This document shows positions 37,557-47,886 of a DNA stretch of 64,000 nucleotides, one piece after another. The stretch comes from Enterobacteria phage Aplg8: sequence record NC_054902.1. One strand, 5' to 3'. Position numbers and translations under genes: made by a program. Numbering within the stretch: position 1 is the first letter of the stretch; the number at the start of each line of letters is the position of its first letter. The notes under the pieces are model-generated. The model did no database searches and was not told the origin of the DNA. It saw nothing but the letters and a program-made list of their open reading frames with translations.

Positions 37557-39016
37557 AAACCAGTTACCTCATGAAAATCGCCAAATACATCTTCGAACGT
37601 ATTAGCTTTAGTTTTATCTTCACGTAAACGAATCGCAATCGGAAGAAATAATTTAACGTAATCAGTGCGGCCATCAGATTTTAACCAACCGTTGCATTCG
37701 CACTCTAGAATTTTTCCAATATAATAATTTTGGTTTTCCATAATGCGAGTACGGTCAAGTTCATGCGATTTTACACCGGCTTTATCTTTTAAGCCTGAAC
37801 CAGCATTTACTTTAATTTTTCCACACTCTGATTCAAGAATAAATCCACCTGCTTTAGTAGGGTCTTTACGGTGAGGATAAATTCCTACAATTTTTAAATC
37901 AACATCAATTACTTCTTTAAATTTATAGAGATTTTTTGAACGAGCATTTTCCCATAACCCATCAACGTTTTTGAGAATAATACCTTCAAGACCTTGATCA
38001 ATATACTTTTTGTAAATTACCTTAGCTTCATCTAGGTTATTTACTACCTGGTTTTCAATTAAAATTACTTTATCATAGCCTGATGTCATTTGTTCTAGTT
38101 TAGAAAAACGTACATCATATTTTAAACGAAACGCCGGAAGACCGTATATTTCTACCAACGGGACATAATCCCAAACCTGAAACTTCATGCATTGAGCTTC
38201 TTTTTCAGAAATGGTTCCTTTTAAGGATTTATTGGCGATTCCATTAGAAGTAGTACGAGATTCCGCTACTTCGGCGAATTCTTTAGCTTTACTAATTTCA
38301 GGATAAGCATCAAAAAGAAAATCTAGGCCTTCTGGTTCCTTTTTAACTTGCTCATGGTATACCAATTCGCCATCAATTAACACGCCTTCTGGATGAATCT
38401 GGCGGGCTTCAGCAGTCATTTTGATTAACTCTTCCTTAAGAAGATCTAATCCTAGATATTCATTACCAGCTCGCGATAAAAGACGAACATCATCTAATTC
38501 ATCACCTCTAACTTCAGCAAAACATCGAGCTCCATCTGCTTTTAACTGCGCAAAGGCTGGAAATTTGATATTCTTACTAATGCCCTTTTCATCATAAGAA
38601 CTTGCCAGCATTTGAGGTTGTTCAGGAATTAAACCTGGCCAAACTTTGTTTGCAATAGATACTGAAGCACCGCATTCAAGGTCTCGCATCATCACTCGAC
38701 GCAAAACTTCAACATCATCCTTTTTACCATCGGTGATATATCCAGTCAATTCCTCAATTGCAGCATTTCCGGTCAATTTCCGAGTAGCTAACGTGAATTC
38801 AATGAAGTCAAGCATATCGGTAATAGTCAGCATTCCAAAACTCTGGGTAGCAATACCAGGTTTAGGCCATTTCTTGATATAATACTGTAACCCACGAGAA
38901 TAAGTCAGACGATATACCCGTTTAAGCAATTCATTATCTTTATTCTTTTCAAGAATTGCTTGCTTCTGCTTAGTTGATCCAATAGATGCTATTTCATTCA
39001 GAATTTTAAGAATCAT
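37553..39016 (-). CDS. 30: ATP-dependent DNA ligase gp30
   Basis: 487-aa ORF; active-site KADGAR motif; sequence matches T4 DNA ligase as I recall it. Confidence 0.97.
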   Translation of the reverse strand: MILKILNEIASIGSTKQKQAILEKNKDNELLKRVYRLTYSRGLQYYIKKWPKPGIATQSFGMLTITDMLDFIEFTLATRKLTGNAAIEELTGYITDGKKDDVEVLRRVMMRDLECGASVSIANKVWPGLIPEQPQMLASSYDEKGISKNIKFPAFAQLKADGARCFAEVRGDELDDVRLLSRAGNEYLGLDLLKEELIKMTAEARQIHPEGVLIDGELVYHEQVKKEPEGLDFLFDAYPEISKAKEFAEVAESRTTSNGIANKSLKGTISEKEAQCMKFQVWDYVPLVEIYGLPAFRLKYDVRFSKLEQMTSGYDKVILIENQVVNNLDEAKVIYKKYIDQGLEGIILKNVDGLWENARSKNLYKFKEVIDVDLKIVGIYPHRKDPTKAGGFILESECGKIKVNAGSGLKDKAGVKSHELDRTRIMENQNYYIGKILECECNGWLKSDGRTDYVKLFLPIAIRLREDKTKANTFEDVFGDFHEVTGL

Positions 39017-39282
39017 TGCTCATCCTTCAAAGTTTGGTTTACAGCTCTATTATAAATCAATTCATCATTAAGCTCAGGCAAAGACTTATGATATGTAGTT
39101 CTAACTTTATTTCCTTGCATCCAGTGCTTGACGTAAATGAAACCTTGCTCTACACATTTTTTAAAAATTCGTTCGTCTTTTTGAGCTCGGAATTCTGGAT
39201 TGCATCTAAAAAATTGATTTACGTGACCGTAATCACGTGTAGTATTACCTTCATTTTCATAAATAGTGTGAACGACAAACAT
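39013..39282 (-). CDS. hypothetical protein (T4 30.1 position)
   Basis: 89-aa ORF; ATGA overlap with gene 30. Confidence 0.65.
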   Translation of the reverse strand: MFVVHTIYENEGNTTRDYGHVNQFFRCNPEFRAQKDERIFKKCVEQGFIYVKHWMQGNKVRTTYHKSLPELNDELIYNRAVNQTLKDEQ

Positions 39283-40118
39283 TAGAATGCTCCTTGGAAA
39301 ATATTATCACCACCAGTAGGTCTATTATACAAATACTCTATGCCACCAGGTTTAATATAGTTCCATGTCTGAAAAGGATGCGTCTGATATGGATGATATA
39401 GATTATAAGGATTAAATCCAGGAGTTCTCCAGGTAGTGTTCCAAGGAAAAGAATCGTTTTTAATCATCTTCTCAATTACATCTTTTATAACTTTTTCACT
39501 ATCAAAACTTTCTTTATTTTCCTTCGATGGAAAAAGCTTATTCTCTACATCATTCCATGTATAAACTCGCTGTGCAGTTTTTGGAATACTGTCACGCTCC
39601 CCTCGAGCCATCCAATAAACAGGAACATTTAATATTTCACTCGCGTGATCGCAATGGTGAGCGAGATCGTCAATATAACAAATTACGTTATATTTCTCTT
39701 TTGCCTTTTTGAACAACTCTTCTTTTGAAGAATCATGACCACACATCAATACTTCTGAGAAGGCACCAGGAAAAAGAGCATTCAAATTAAATTGACGATT
39801 CAGCAGAGCGTCAATAGAATCACCCAATGCTGTAACAGCTACAAAATTATAATCTTCTTTTAATTTGTTAATTACACACAGAGCATCTTTATATGGAGAC
39901 AAGTAACGAATAAAATCCGAACGATTGTATTTTTCAATTAGCTTAACGCCAAGTTCTTCATCACAGTTAAAGAGTTTACCTGGAGAAATAAATTTTTCGT
40001 CCTGAATCATTTTTAAAATATGTTCTAATGGAAGATTATATTTTTGGGCAAAATAAGGAAGACCTGATTGCCAGCTTAAACATACACCATCAATATCAGT
40101 TAAAATAGTAGGCTTCAT
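39282..40118 (-). CDS. HAD-superfamily hydrolase-like protein (T4 30.2 position)
   Basis: 278-aa ORF; N-terminal ILTDIDGV matches HAD motif I (DxDG). Confidence 0.7.
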   Translation of the reverse strand: MKPTILTDIDGVCLSWQSGLPYFAQKYNLPLEHILKMIQDEKFISPGKLFNCDEELGVKLIEKYNRSDFIRYLSPYKDALCVINKLKEDYNFVAVTALGDSIDALLNRQFNLNALFPGAFSEVLMCGHDSSKEELFKKAKEKYNVICYIDDLAHHCDHASEILNVPVYWMARGERDSIPKTAQRVYTWNDVENKLFPSKENKESFDSEKVIKDVIEKMIKNDSFPWNTTWRTPGFNPYNLYHPYQTHPFQTWNYIKPGGIEYLYNRPTGGDNIFQGAF

Positions 40119-40579
40119 AGAGAGTCTCTTAATAGGTTTAACACATCAATAAATTCAGCTTCGGTTAATATTGTATCATCTTTTGTTAGACCACTAGCCA
40201 TGCTGTGCTTCAAAACTTTTCCTTTCGAGGCTTGTAATGCATCACGAAAGCCCCTGTTTTGGAACGCTGCTTCAAAATATGCATTTGTGTATAATTCTTT
40301 CCACGCTGGAGAGTATCTTGAAAACGGAACTCCGAGCCAGAAGAGGGTCCCACGGTCCTGAGCTCTAGCATAAGCTCGTCCAGCTTGTTGGGCAGCAAGC
40401 CCGGATAACCCAAATATACGACGTTGCTGTTCAACATTTTTCACCTTACACCCTTGGAGGAATCCTTCGAGACCTCCAAATTGGATACCATCCATAACAA
40501 AAGGCCATTGGGCGAAATTACTTAATGCGCATGATGGCCATTTAAAATTGCTTCTTATCTCTAGCTCAGACATTTTCAA
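40115..40579 (-). CDS. NADAR-domain (YbiA-like) protein (T4 30.3 position)
   Basis: 154-aa ORF; pattern WPSCALSNF...GIQFGGLEGFLQ...W...Y typical of NADAR/DUF1768 proteins. Confidence 0.65.
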   Translation of the reverse strand: MKMSELEIRSNFKWPSCALSNFAQWPFVMDGIQFGGLEGFLQGCKVKNVEQQRRIFGLSGLAAQQAGRAYARAQDRGTLFWLGVPFSRYSPAWKELYTNAYFEAAFQNRGFRDALQASKGKVLKHSMASGLTKDDTILTEAEFIDVLNLLRDSL

Positions 40580-40772
40580 TACTTATAATTTCAACATCAG
40601 CCCAATGACCATAGCAAGGAAGACGAAATTCAACTGGCCAGTTAGGGTCCTTTTCTAATATAATAGACTCAACTTTCGGTTCTTCATGTTCATCAGTATA
40701 TGGATTTTTATCTGTTACTTTATATGTGACCTTAATGTACTGAATTCCAAAAATCTTATTAATTATATTCAT
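40566..40772 (-). CDS. hypothetical protein
   Basis: 68-aa ORF in a tightly overlapping minus-strand array. Confidence 0.55.
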   Translation of the reverse strand: MNIINKIFGIQYIKVTYKVTDKNPYTDEHEEPKVESIILEKDPNWPVEFRLPCYGHWADVEIISIENV

Positions 40773-40966
40773 ACTAATTCCTTTAATCCGTAAATAGGAG
40801 ATAATTCATCGCCCATACGAAGGTCTTCATTTCCATCTACCCAGGAAACAATATAAGCCTCTTTTATTTGAATACCACTCCATTTAAATGGAGGTAGAAC
40901 CTTAGAAATTAATCCAGGTATACCAACTCCCTTTAATTCAACAGTTTGACCTAAAAAGAATTTCAT
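40769..40966 (-). CDS. hypothetical protein
   Basis: 65-aa ORF; ATGA overlap with the downstream gene. Confidence 0.55.
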   Translation of the reverse strand: MKFFLGQTVELKGVGIPGLISKVLPPFKWSGIQIKEAYIVSWVDGNEDLRMGDELSPIYGLKELV

Positions 40967-41253
40967 TAGAACCTCATCTGAAAACCGTGCGATTTAACAT
41001 TACCGCCGCCAATATCAGAAATGTTAATTTCACGCGCAATTGAAGGATCAATGTCAATTTCACGATTGAGTTTAGTGATAGCTAAAGTATCGCGCCCATT
41101 TACAGTACGGAACTCTAAAGGACATACTACATTAACGTAGTTTTTAATCGATTCACTGGTAGGTTGCAAATGAGCAGGAAGGTCTTTAGGCGCTTTAGAG
41201 AAAACCACTTCACAGAAATTTTTGCGGGTATCAAAATAAGTAGTCATAAACAT
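40966..41253 (-). CDS. hypothetical protein
   Basis: 95-aa ORF. Confidence 0.6.
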   Translation of the reverse strand: MFMTTYFDTRKNFCEVVFSKAPKDLPAHLQPTSESIKNYVNVVCPLEFRTVNGRDTLAITKLNREIDIDPSIAREINISDIGGGNVKSHGFQMRF

Positions 41254-41270
41254 AGTATTTTCCTCAGTAA

Positions 41271-41284
41271 GGGGCCGAAGCCCC
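41271..41284 (-). terminator. hairpin (RNA GGGGC-UUCG-GCCCC) downstream of the 121-aa ORF
   Basis: plus strand GGGGCCGAAGCCCC, identical to the element at 20236. Confidence 0.55.
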
Positions 41285-41294
41285 TCATTTTATT

Positions 41295-41660
41295 TTAAAT
41301 ATCAAATTCGTTAAGAACTACATCAAAGATTGCTTCAAGATGCTCAGGTTTAGCTCTGTTACTCAGAATATGACGAATCCAAGTTTTAACCAGAAGCTTG
41401 CGATTAACGCCATTCCAGCAAGGATGAGTCCCTAAATCGCGTTGACGAAAATCATCATCCAAAGCGATTTTGAAGTTGGAACCTTCCATTGTGATTGAAA
41501 CCGTGATGCCATTTTCAAATCGCATATAAACGTAGTTAGGAGTCATATACTGTTCAATTTCGCATACTGATCCATTTTGATGTTTCCAAAGGCAAATAGT
41601 ATCAATAGAACCTGCAATACCATTAGAAACATATTTACGTTCAAAGTTGATGTAGTTCAT
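41295..41660 (-). CDS. hypothetical protein
   Basis: 121-aa ORF; early promoter upstream. Confidence 0.65.
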   Translation of the reverse strand: MNYINFERKYVSNGIAGSIDTICLWKHQNGSVCEIEQYMTPNYVYMRFENGITVSITMEGSNFKIALDDDFRQRDLGTHPCWNGVNRKLLVKTWIRHILSNRAKPEHLEAIFDVVLNEFDI

Positions 41661-41687
41661 TTTTATTCTCCGAGATGTTTAATTGCG

Positions 41688-41726
41688 GTACAGGTATATA
41701 ATATCATATCCTGTACCAAAGTAAAC
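41688..41726 (-). promoter_or_regulatory. early promoter (GTTTAC-N17-TGaTATTAT) with -10 inside an 8-bp inverted repeat
   Basis: plus GGTACAGG tatataatatcatat CCTGTACC; minus-strand -35 GTTTAC at 41721-41726, extended -10 at 41698-41706. Confidence 0.55.
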
Positions 41727-41728
41727 AA

Positions 41729-42061
41729 TTATTTTACTACTTTCCAGTGCTGCATGTCAAGTTTACCAACTTTTTTCATCTTCTCAATTAAGCGTTCGGC
41801 ACGTTGGCGAGCTGTAACATAATACCATTCACCTAATTCATTTTGTTCAATTTTTCCAACGATTACTGTATTCAATTCATAAATCCAACCAGTAAAGAAA
41901 TTATGAACTTGAATTGTAAAGGTGAAATCTGTTCCCATACCTTCTGTTGTTTCTACTTCAATAATATTACCTTCAACTGCCATTAAGAACCACATAGTTT
42001 CATCATATTTACCATTGAAGCATTTAGTTTTAACTGCAGCGTTCAGATTAATCGTTTTCAT
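41729..42061 (-). CDS. hypothetical protein
   Basis: 110-aa ORF. Confidence 0.65.
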   Translation of the reverse strand: MKTINLNAAVKTKCFNGKYDETMWFLMAVEGNIIEVETTEGMGTDFTFTIQVHNFFTGWIYELNTVIVGKIEQNELGEWYYVTARQRAERLIEKMKKVGKLDMQHWKVVK

Positions 42062-42085
42062 TTTATTCTCCTTTGTTTGTGTAAG

Positions 42086-42118
42086 ATAATACTATCACAA
42101 AGGAACCATACTGTAAAC
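42086..42118 (-). promoter_or_regulatory. early promoter (GTTTAC-N18-TGaTAGTAT)
   Basis: minus-strand reading GTTTAC agtatggttcctttgtga TAGTAT upstream of the 110-aa ORF. Confidence 0.5.
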
Positions 42119-42145
42119 AACTTTGTGCAATCTTTGGAAAATAAA

Positions 42146-42166
42146 AAAGGACTCCCGAAGGAGTCC
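42146..42166 (-). terminator. intrinsic terminator GGACTCC-TTCG-GGAGTCC + U-tract (minus strand)
   Basis: plus strand AAAAAAGGACTCCCGAAGGAGTCC just past the stop of the basic 58-aa ORF. Confidence 0.7.
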
Positions 42167-42171
42167 TCAAC

Positions 42172-42348
42172 TTATGCTTTCTGCTTACCAAAACGAGAAG
42201 CATCATCTCGAAGAACCGCACGTGCTCGGCGCATGATCTTCTCAACAGTTTGATTGATACGAGAGTTCGACCCACGCTTGTAACCAGCGCGTTTAGAATC
42301 ACCAACTTTCTTTTCAACTGCTTTCTTTGCTTTAGCTTGTTTTGCCAT
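42172..42348 (-). CDS. small highly basic protein (Lys/Arg-rich)
   Basis: 58 aa from the internal ATG (MAKQAKAKKAVEKK...); the ORF-track start at 42390 is less likely. Confidence 0.55.
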   Translation of the reverse strand: MAKQAKAKKAVEKKVGDSKRAGYKRGSNSRINQTVEKIMRRARAVLRDDASRFGKQKA

Positions 42349-42592
42349 TATAAATTCTCTTTTAAATGAAAATGCAGGACTTATTGGCATTGCCTGCGAA
42401 AGCCCTCAAGGGGTACTTAGGTTTTGAATATTTAACGACCAGGATAACCATAAACCCGTCATCATTCACATTCAAGAGGTACACCGTAAAACTGCCGGGG
42501 TCTTAAAACTATAATGATTCGCAAATCATTAATCAGACAGTTCGACGGCTCCTCGATTTTAGCTCACACTAAGGCAGTGAATCTCCAATAAA

Positions 42593-42841
42593 TTACTTCA
42601 GTGTTACCACAAAGTGACGAACTGCTTTTCGTGCAGCAGAAGCCAGAGGCTTAGCATATTTAAGTTCATCTTTTTCCTGAAGCTCAGCGGCTAATGCAGT
42701 TTGAGCAGGATTCAGATGTTTGAAATAACGCAGGATTTCAAGAGCTTCGGCTTCAACATCAATAGATGCGCCATAGTTTTCGTGACCATTATTCCATGCG
42801 TTTCGTTGCAGTTCAAGAGCGTGTTGTAATTGTTTAATCAT
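42593..42841 (-). CDS. rIII: rIII lysis-inhibition accessory protein
   Basis: 82-aa ORF; position between gene 31 and the 30.x cluster. Confidence 0.8.
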   Translation of the reverse strand: MIKQLQHALELQRNAWNNGHENYGASIDVEAEALEILRYFKHLNPAQTALAAELQEKDELKYAKPLASAARKAVRHFVVTLK

Positions 42842-42988
42842 TTAAAAATTCTCGTTAGAGATTAAAACTCGGTAGTCACGTTCTTCTGAATTTCATCTTC
42901 TTTCGACAGATCTCTCAGTTGTAGACTACCACATAGAATTGTTCGGTTAACTTATTATTCCGACACCCAATTCATATTATTATTTATA

Positions 42989-43324
42989 TCACTTATAAAG
43001 ACACGGAATAGCTTTATAATGACAGGTAACGAATTTTTGTTTAATTTCTTTTGGCTGCTTAAGACCCAGAGCTACAAAAGGATGCGGAACATTTCGAATT
43101 TGACCAACTGGAAGAGAAGTCAAATCACCAACTTCGCAGAAACCTTCAGGAACATCAGGACCAACAGAGTGAACTACACACAGTTCAGGAACTTCACCTT
43201 GGACACGTTTACCAATAATAAGTCCTGATTCTGTAACTTCTTCATCACCGGCTTGCGCAGGTTCAGAAACTAAAATAACATATTCACCGACAGCACGAAT
43301 TGGTAGCTGTTGTACTTCAGACAT
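42989..43324 (-). CDS. 31: co-chaperonin gp31 (GroES analogue)
   Basis: 111-aa ORF; synteny. Confidence 0.9.
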
Positions 43325-43380
43325 CGTTTTTCCTTTTTGTTAACAGATGAATTAATAATAACAAATAATTCTTAAAGCAT

Positions 43381-43689
43381 TTATTTACCAATAAATTGAA
43401 GCAAATGCTCAACTTTCATGCCATTAACGGAAATCAATTTGTCAATAGAAAAACCTCGCCATGCACCGAGTTCAACATCAAATATCGGAATCATATCAGT
43501 AGATTCTTTCCGAGTAGATTCAGTCAATTTACCGGTTTGCATAGTTGGCATAAAGTCACCATCACGGGTGCCTTTCATAGTACGAATAGTACCATCAGAC
43601 TTTTCAAAAACCACGTTTGAAATACCCATGGACAATTTAGTTTTCAAAATTTCACGAATTGCTACTTTCTGTTCAGTTGTCAGTTTCAT
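43381..43689 (-). CDS. hypothetical protein
   Basis: 102-aa ORF. Confidence 0.6.
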   Translation of the reverse strand: MKLTTEQKVAIREILKTKLSMGISNVVFEKSDGTIRTMKGTRDGDFMPTMQTGKLTESTRKESTDMIPIFDVELGAWRGFSIDKLISVNGMKVEHLLQFIGK

Positions 43690-43926
43690 TTATTTACCTA
43701 TTACAGTTTTAATATGAGTTGTTCCACGTTCTTTAAGAGTGGAAAGCAACTTTTGGCATTTTTCTAAATCAGATTTCCAACTATACGGCCTATCAATACA
43801 AACCCATTCTGACTTATAATACTGTTTCCATTTAGAGAAAAAATATTTCTTATACTCTACAGCAAATGAGATGTTCTCATTAGAATAAGAACTAATTGCT
43901 GTGAGCTTTACCAAACGAAATTTCAT
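43690..43926 (-). CDS. hypothetical protein
   Basis: 78-aa ORF. Confidence 0.55.
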   Translation of the reverse strand: MKFRLVKLTAISSYSNENISFAVEYKKYFFSKWKQYYKSEWVCIDRPYSWKSDLEKCQKLLSTLKERGTTHIKTVIGK

Positions 43927-44507
43927 TATTCACCACAGAATTCGTTGATATTTTCCCAGTTTAACTTATTCAAGTTTTTCTTAGGAACATTAAACACTTC
44001 AATACCTGCATTTCGCAGAATATCATCCCAACCAGGTTTATTTTTATCGTATGTTTCACAATAAACTAGCTTTTTAATACCAGATTGAGCTATCGCTTTT
44101 GCGCAATCCGGACAAGGAGAAAGTGTTACATACATAGTAGCACCTTCAATAGAAGAACCATTTCGTGCAGCAAACAAAATTGCATTTAGTTCAGCATGAA
44201 TTTCATTTTTAGATGACCATTCCGAGTGAGCACTACGATGTTCTTTCGCCAAGACAAAACGATCAGTTGAACCAAACGATACACATTCAGGCTTATGACC
44301 TTGAATGATAGTATGTTTAGGTTTATTCAACAACCAACCTTGCTCAGCAGCATAATCACAGCAGTTCACACCACCAGCAGGTGAACCATTATATCCGGTA
44401 GAAATAATACGTCCATTCTTTTCAATTACTGCTCCTACTTTCCAGGAGCAACATTTTGATTCTTGTGATACTAAATATGCAATTTGAAGTACTGTACTCG
44501 CTTTCAT
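43926..44507 (-). CDS. cd: dCMP deaminase
   Basis: 193-aa ORF; cytidine/dCMP deaminase zinc motifs (HAE...PCPDC). Confidence 0.93.
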   Translation of the reverse strand: MKASTVLQIAYLVSQESKCCSWKVGAVIEKNGRIISTGYNGSPAGGVNCCDYAAEQGWLLNKPKHTIIQGHKPECVSFGSTDRFVLAKEHRSAHSEWSSKNEIHAELNAILFAARNGSSIEGATMYVTLSPCPDCAKAIAQSGIKKLVYCETYDKNKPGWDDILRNAGIEVFNVPKKNLNKLNWENINEFCGE

Positions 44508-44842
44508 TTCATAATCACCAGATAAGCAGATTTAGCAGTTTCAACACGATAAATTTCGTGACGAAGTTTAGTTATACTTTTAATAACAGAACTAATTATA
44601 TTCTGCCCATCTTTAAAGCGGTTTTTCTTATCAATAAAAACTGCGCCAGTCATCTTTTTGTGAAGCTCAACTGGATACTTCGTCACAATAATAGCATCAT
44701 ACACAGAAGGATGAATACTATTCACCAGAGTATCATTCATTAAAGTTATTCTAATGAACTTTGCTGTTTCAGAATCAAGCGCTCTATGATCGCCAGTATC
44801 ATTTTCAAGACAATTATCAATTATATCAGTTAAATTCATCAT
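44504..44842 (-). CDS. hypothetical protein
   Basis: 112-aa ORF; ATGA overlap with cd. Confidence 0.6.
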   Translation of the reverse strand: MMNLTDIIDNCLENDTGDHRALDSETAKFIRITLMNDTLVNSIHPSVYDAIIVTKYPVELHKKMTGAVFIDKKNRFKDGQNIISSVIKSITKLRHEIYRVETAKSAYLVIMK

Positions 44843-45075
44843 AGTACGCCATACACCCTTTGTGCTTCAACTAATCCATCAAAATCCAATTTGAGATGTG
44901 TTATTTGGTCACCATCACCTGGATTCACAATTACTAATACTGAACGAGGAGTTTCGGTAATAACACGAACCGATGTTTCAGGAAATCGTTCAGAAACCTT
45001 ATTTACCAATTCCTGTGCAAATAGCTTAACTTTTTCTTGGAATTCTTTAACAGTAATTGGTTTTTCACTTAGCAT
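44839..45075 (-). CDS. hypothetical protein
   Basis: 78-aa ORF. Confidence 0.6.
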   Translation of the reverse strand: MLSEKPITVKEFQEKVKLFAQELVNKVSERFPETSVRVITETPRSVLVIVNPGDGDQITHLKLDFDGLVEAQRVYGVL

Positions 45076-45096
45076 TTTGTTTTCCTCATTTGTTTT

Positions 45097-45135
45097 GGTA
45101 GAGCTATAATATCACAACTCTACCGTAAAGTAAAC
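45097..45135 (-). promoter_or_regulatory. early promoter (GTTTAC-N18-TGaTATTAT) with -10 inside a 7-bp inverted repeat
   Basis: plus GGTAGAG ctataatatcacaa CTCTACC; minus-strand -35 at 45130-45135. Confidence 0.55.
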
Positions 45136-45137
45136 TG

Positions 45138-45413
45138 TTAAATTGCCTTGAATTCTGATGTCTGTGATTCAAAACGAATATCGCCTTTGATGACCAGCTC
45201 AGCATCAAGACCAAATACGACAATGATATGCGCAGAACCTGGATACAGCGTAATGGCAATAGAATCCACCTGGTCTGGAAGCAAAGTGTTCAATACATGA
45301 GTCACTTGAGCATGAATTCGAAGCTCGGCTGCGTTATCAAGCTTTTCAAACATATTATTAGCGATAATTTGGCTAAACACTACTTCTACGATTTTAGAAT
45401 AAGTCGGAAACAT
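45138..45413 (-). CDS. hypothetical protein
   Basis: 91-aa ORF. Confidence 0.6.
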   Translation of the reverse strand: MFPTYSKIVEVVFSQIIANNMFEKLDNAAELRIHAQVTHVLNTLLPDQVDSIAITLYPGSAHIIVVFGLDAELVIKGDIRFESQTSEFKAI

Positions 45414-45415
45414 AT

Positions 45416-45608
45416 TTACCTCACATAATTTTCTTCAAGCCAATCAATAACATCCAACGCATTATCAAAAGTTGAACCATCTACTTTATCTTCTGTTTCA
45501 TAATCAAGAACATCTAAGCCTACTCTTCCATCAACAATAGGCCATAAACAAAATAGATATTTCTTTTCTTTTTCAATTTTATCACAAAGTCGATAAATCT
45601 TTTCTATG

Positions 45609-45616
<8 letters not shown>
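45416..45616 (-). CDS. hypothetical protein
   Basis: 66-aa ORF. Confidence 0.55.
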
Positions 45617-47009
<1,393 letters not shown>

Positions 47010-47013
<4 letters not shown>

Positions 47014-47240
47014 TTATTTTTCTCAACTAATGATTGAATATAATCATGCAGGTCTTTAGATGCTTTACCCCACTTATTTTGATATTCATTTTTGAGATTA
47101 GCACGTGATTGAGCTAATAAAACATCATTAGTTGGAGGTAAAGATTCTAACCGCTGAATCTGGCGTCCATAAATCATTGCAGCCATCTCGGATTCATAAA
47201 TCAATCCTTTGAGATGTTCAAATTGATGCCATGAAATCAT
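47010..47240 (-). CDS. hypothetical protein
   Basis: 76-aa ORF. Confidence 0.55.
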
Positions 47241-47536
47241 TTACATTTATCCTCTTTTAACTCTTGACGATAATAACATATCATAGTTTTCTGATCATGT
47301 ACATATCGTTTTACATCATTAAGCCAAATACGAAATTCCTGGGAATCTTCAAATGGCATACCGACCCAAGCTTTACCATCAATAACTTTAACTTGCCAAG
47401 ATAGTTTAGCTTCATCATATGACTTTATTTGTACAGGCCAATTAGGATGAACTGTTTCTTTCTTTACTTCTAGAGGCTTTGTAGAACAACCAACTAGAAG
47501 ACCAATAGATAATATTACTGCTGATAGTTTAATCAT
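47237..47536 (-). CDS. outer-membrane lipoprotein, putative o-spanin
   Basis: 99-aa ORF; signal peptide with lipobox LLVGC|S; adjacent to the i-spanin-like ORF. Confidence 0.7.
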   Translation of the reverse strand: MIKLSAVILSIGLLVGCSTKPLEVKKETVHPNWPVQIKSYDEAKLSWQVKVIDGKAWVGMPFEDSQEFRIWLNDVKRYVHDQKTMICYYRQELKEDKCK

Positions 47537-47886
47537 TTAGAAAGGTCCTGGATGTCTTCTGCGAACTTGTTGAAGGAGTTGTTGATTTGTTTTTCAACCA
47601 ATCCTGGCTTATGAGCCACCACATCCGCCTTCTTTGCGTCTTTGCGCAGTTTTTCATTTTCACGCTCAATAGCAGCAATTGCCTCACGATTTTTATTATT
47701 CATCGCATCAATATAATTATACTGAATTCGCAAATTATTTAATGCTAAGGCGTTTTCATTGGCCGTTTTTGTAATTTCTACAACAGACGTTTCTAATCTT
47801 TCAATTTTATTTTTTAAAATTAAAGAAGTTCCGCCTAATGCAATTACAATTAATAGCAAACCTGCTGTCGTATTACTTAATTGCAT
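47533..47886 (-). CDS. putative i-spanin (N-terminal transmembrane helix + coiled coil)
   Basis: 117-aa ORF; hydrophobic segment AGLLLIVIALGGTSLIL followed by helical charged region. Confidence 0.7.
   Translation of the reverse strand: MQLSNTTAGLLLIVIALGGTSLILKNKIERLETSVVEITKTANENALALNNLRIQYNYIDAMNNKNREAIAAIERENEKLRKDAKKADVVAHKPGLVEKQINNSFNKFAEDIQDLSK

Noticed and set aside
42063-42317. 84-aa minus-strand ORF overlapping the basic 58-aa ORF and the terminator at 42146
   Set aside because: Runs through a strong intrinsic terminator and a promoter; an alternative frame of the 42172-42348 gene region
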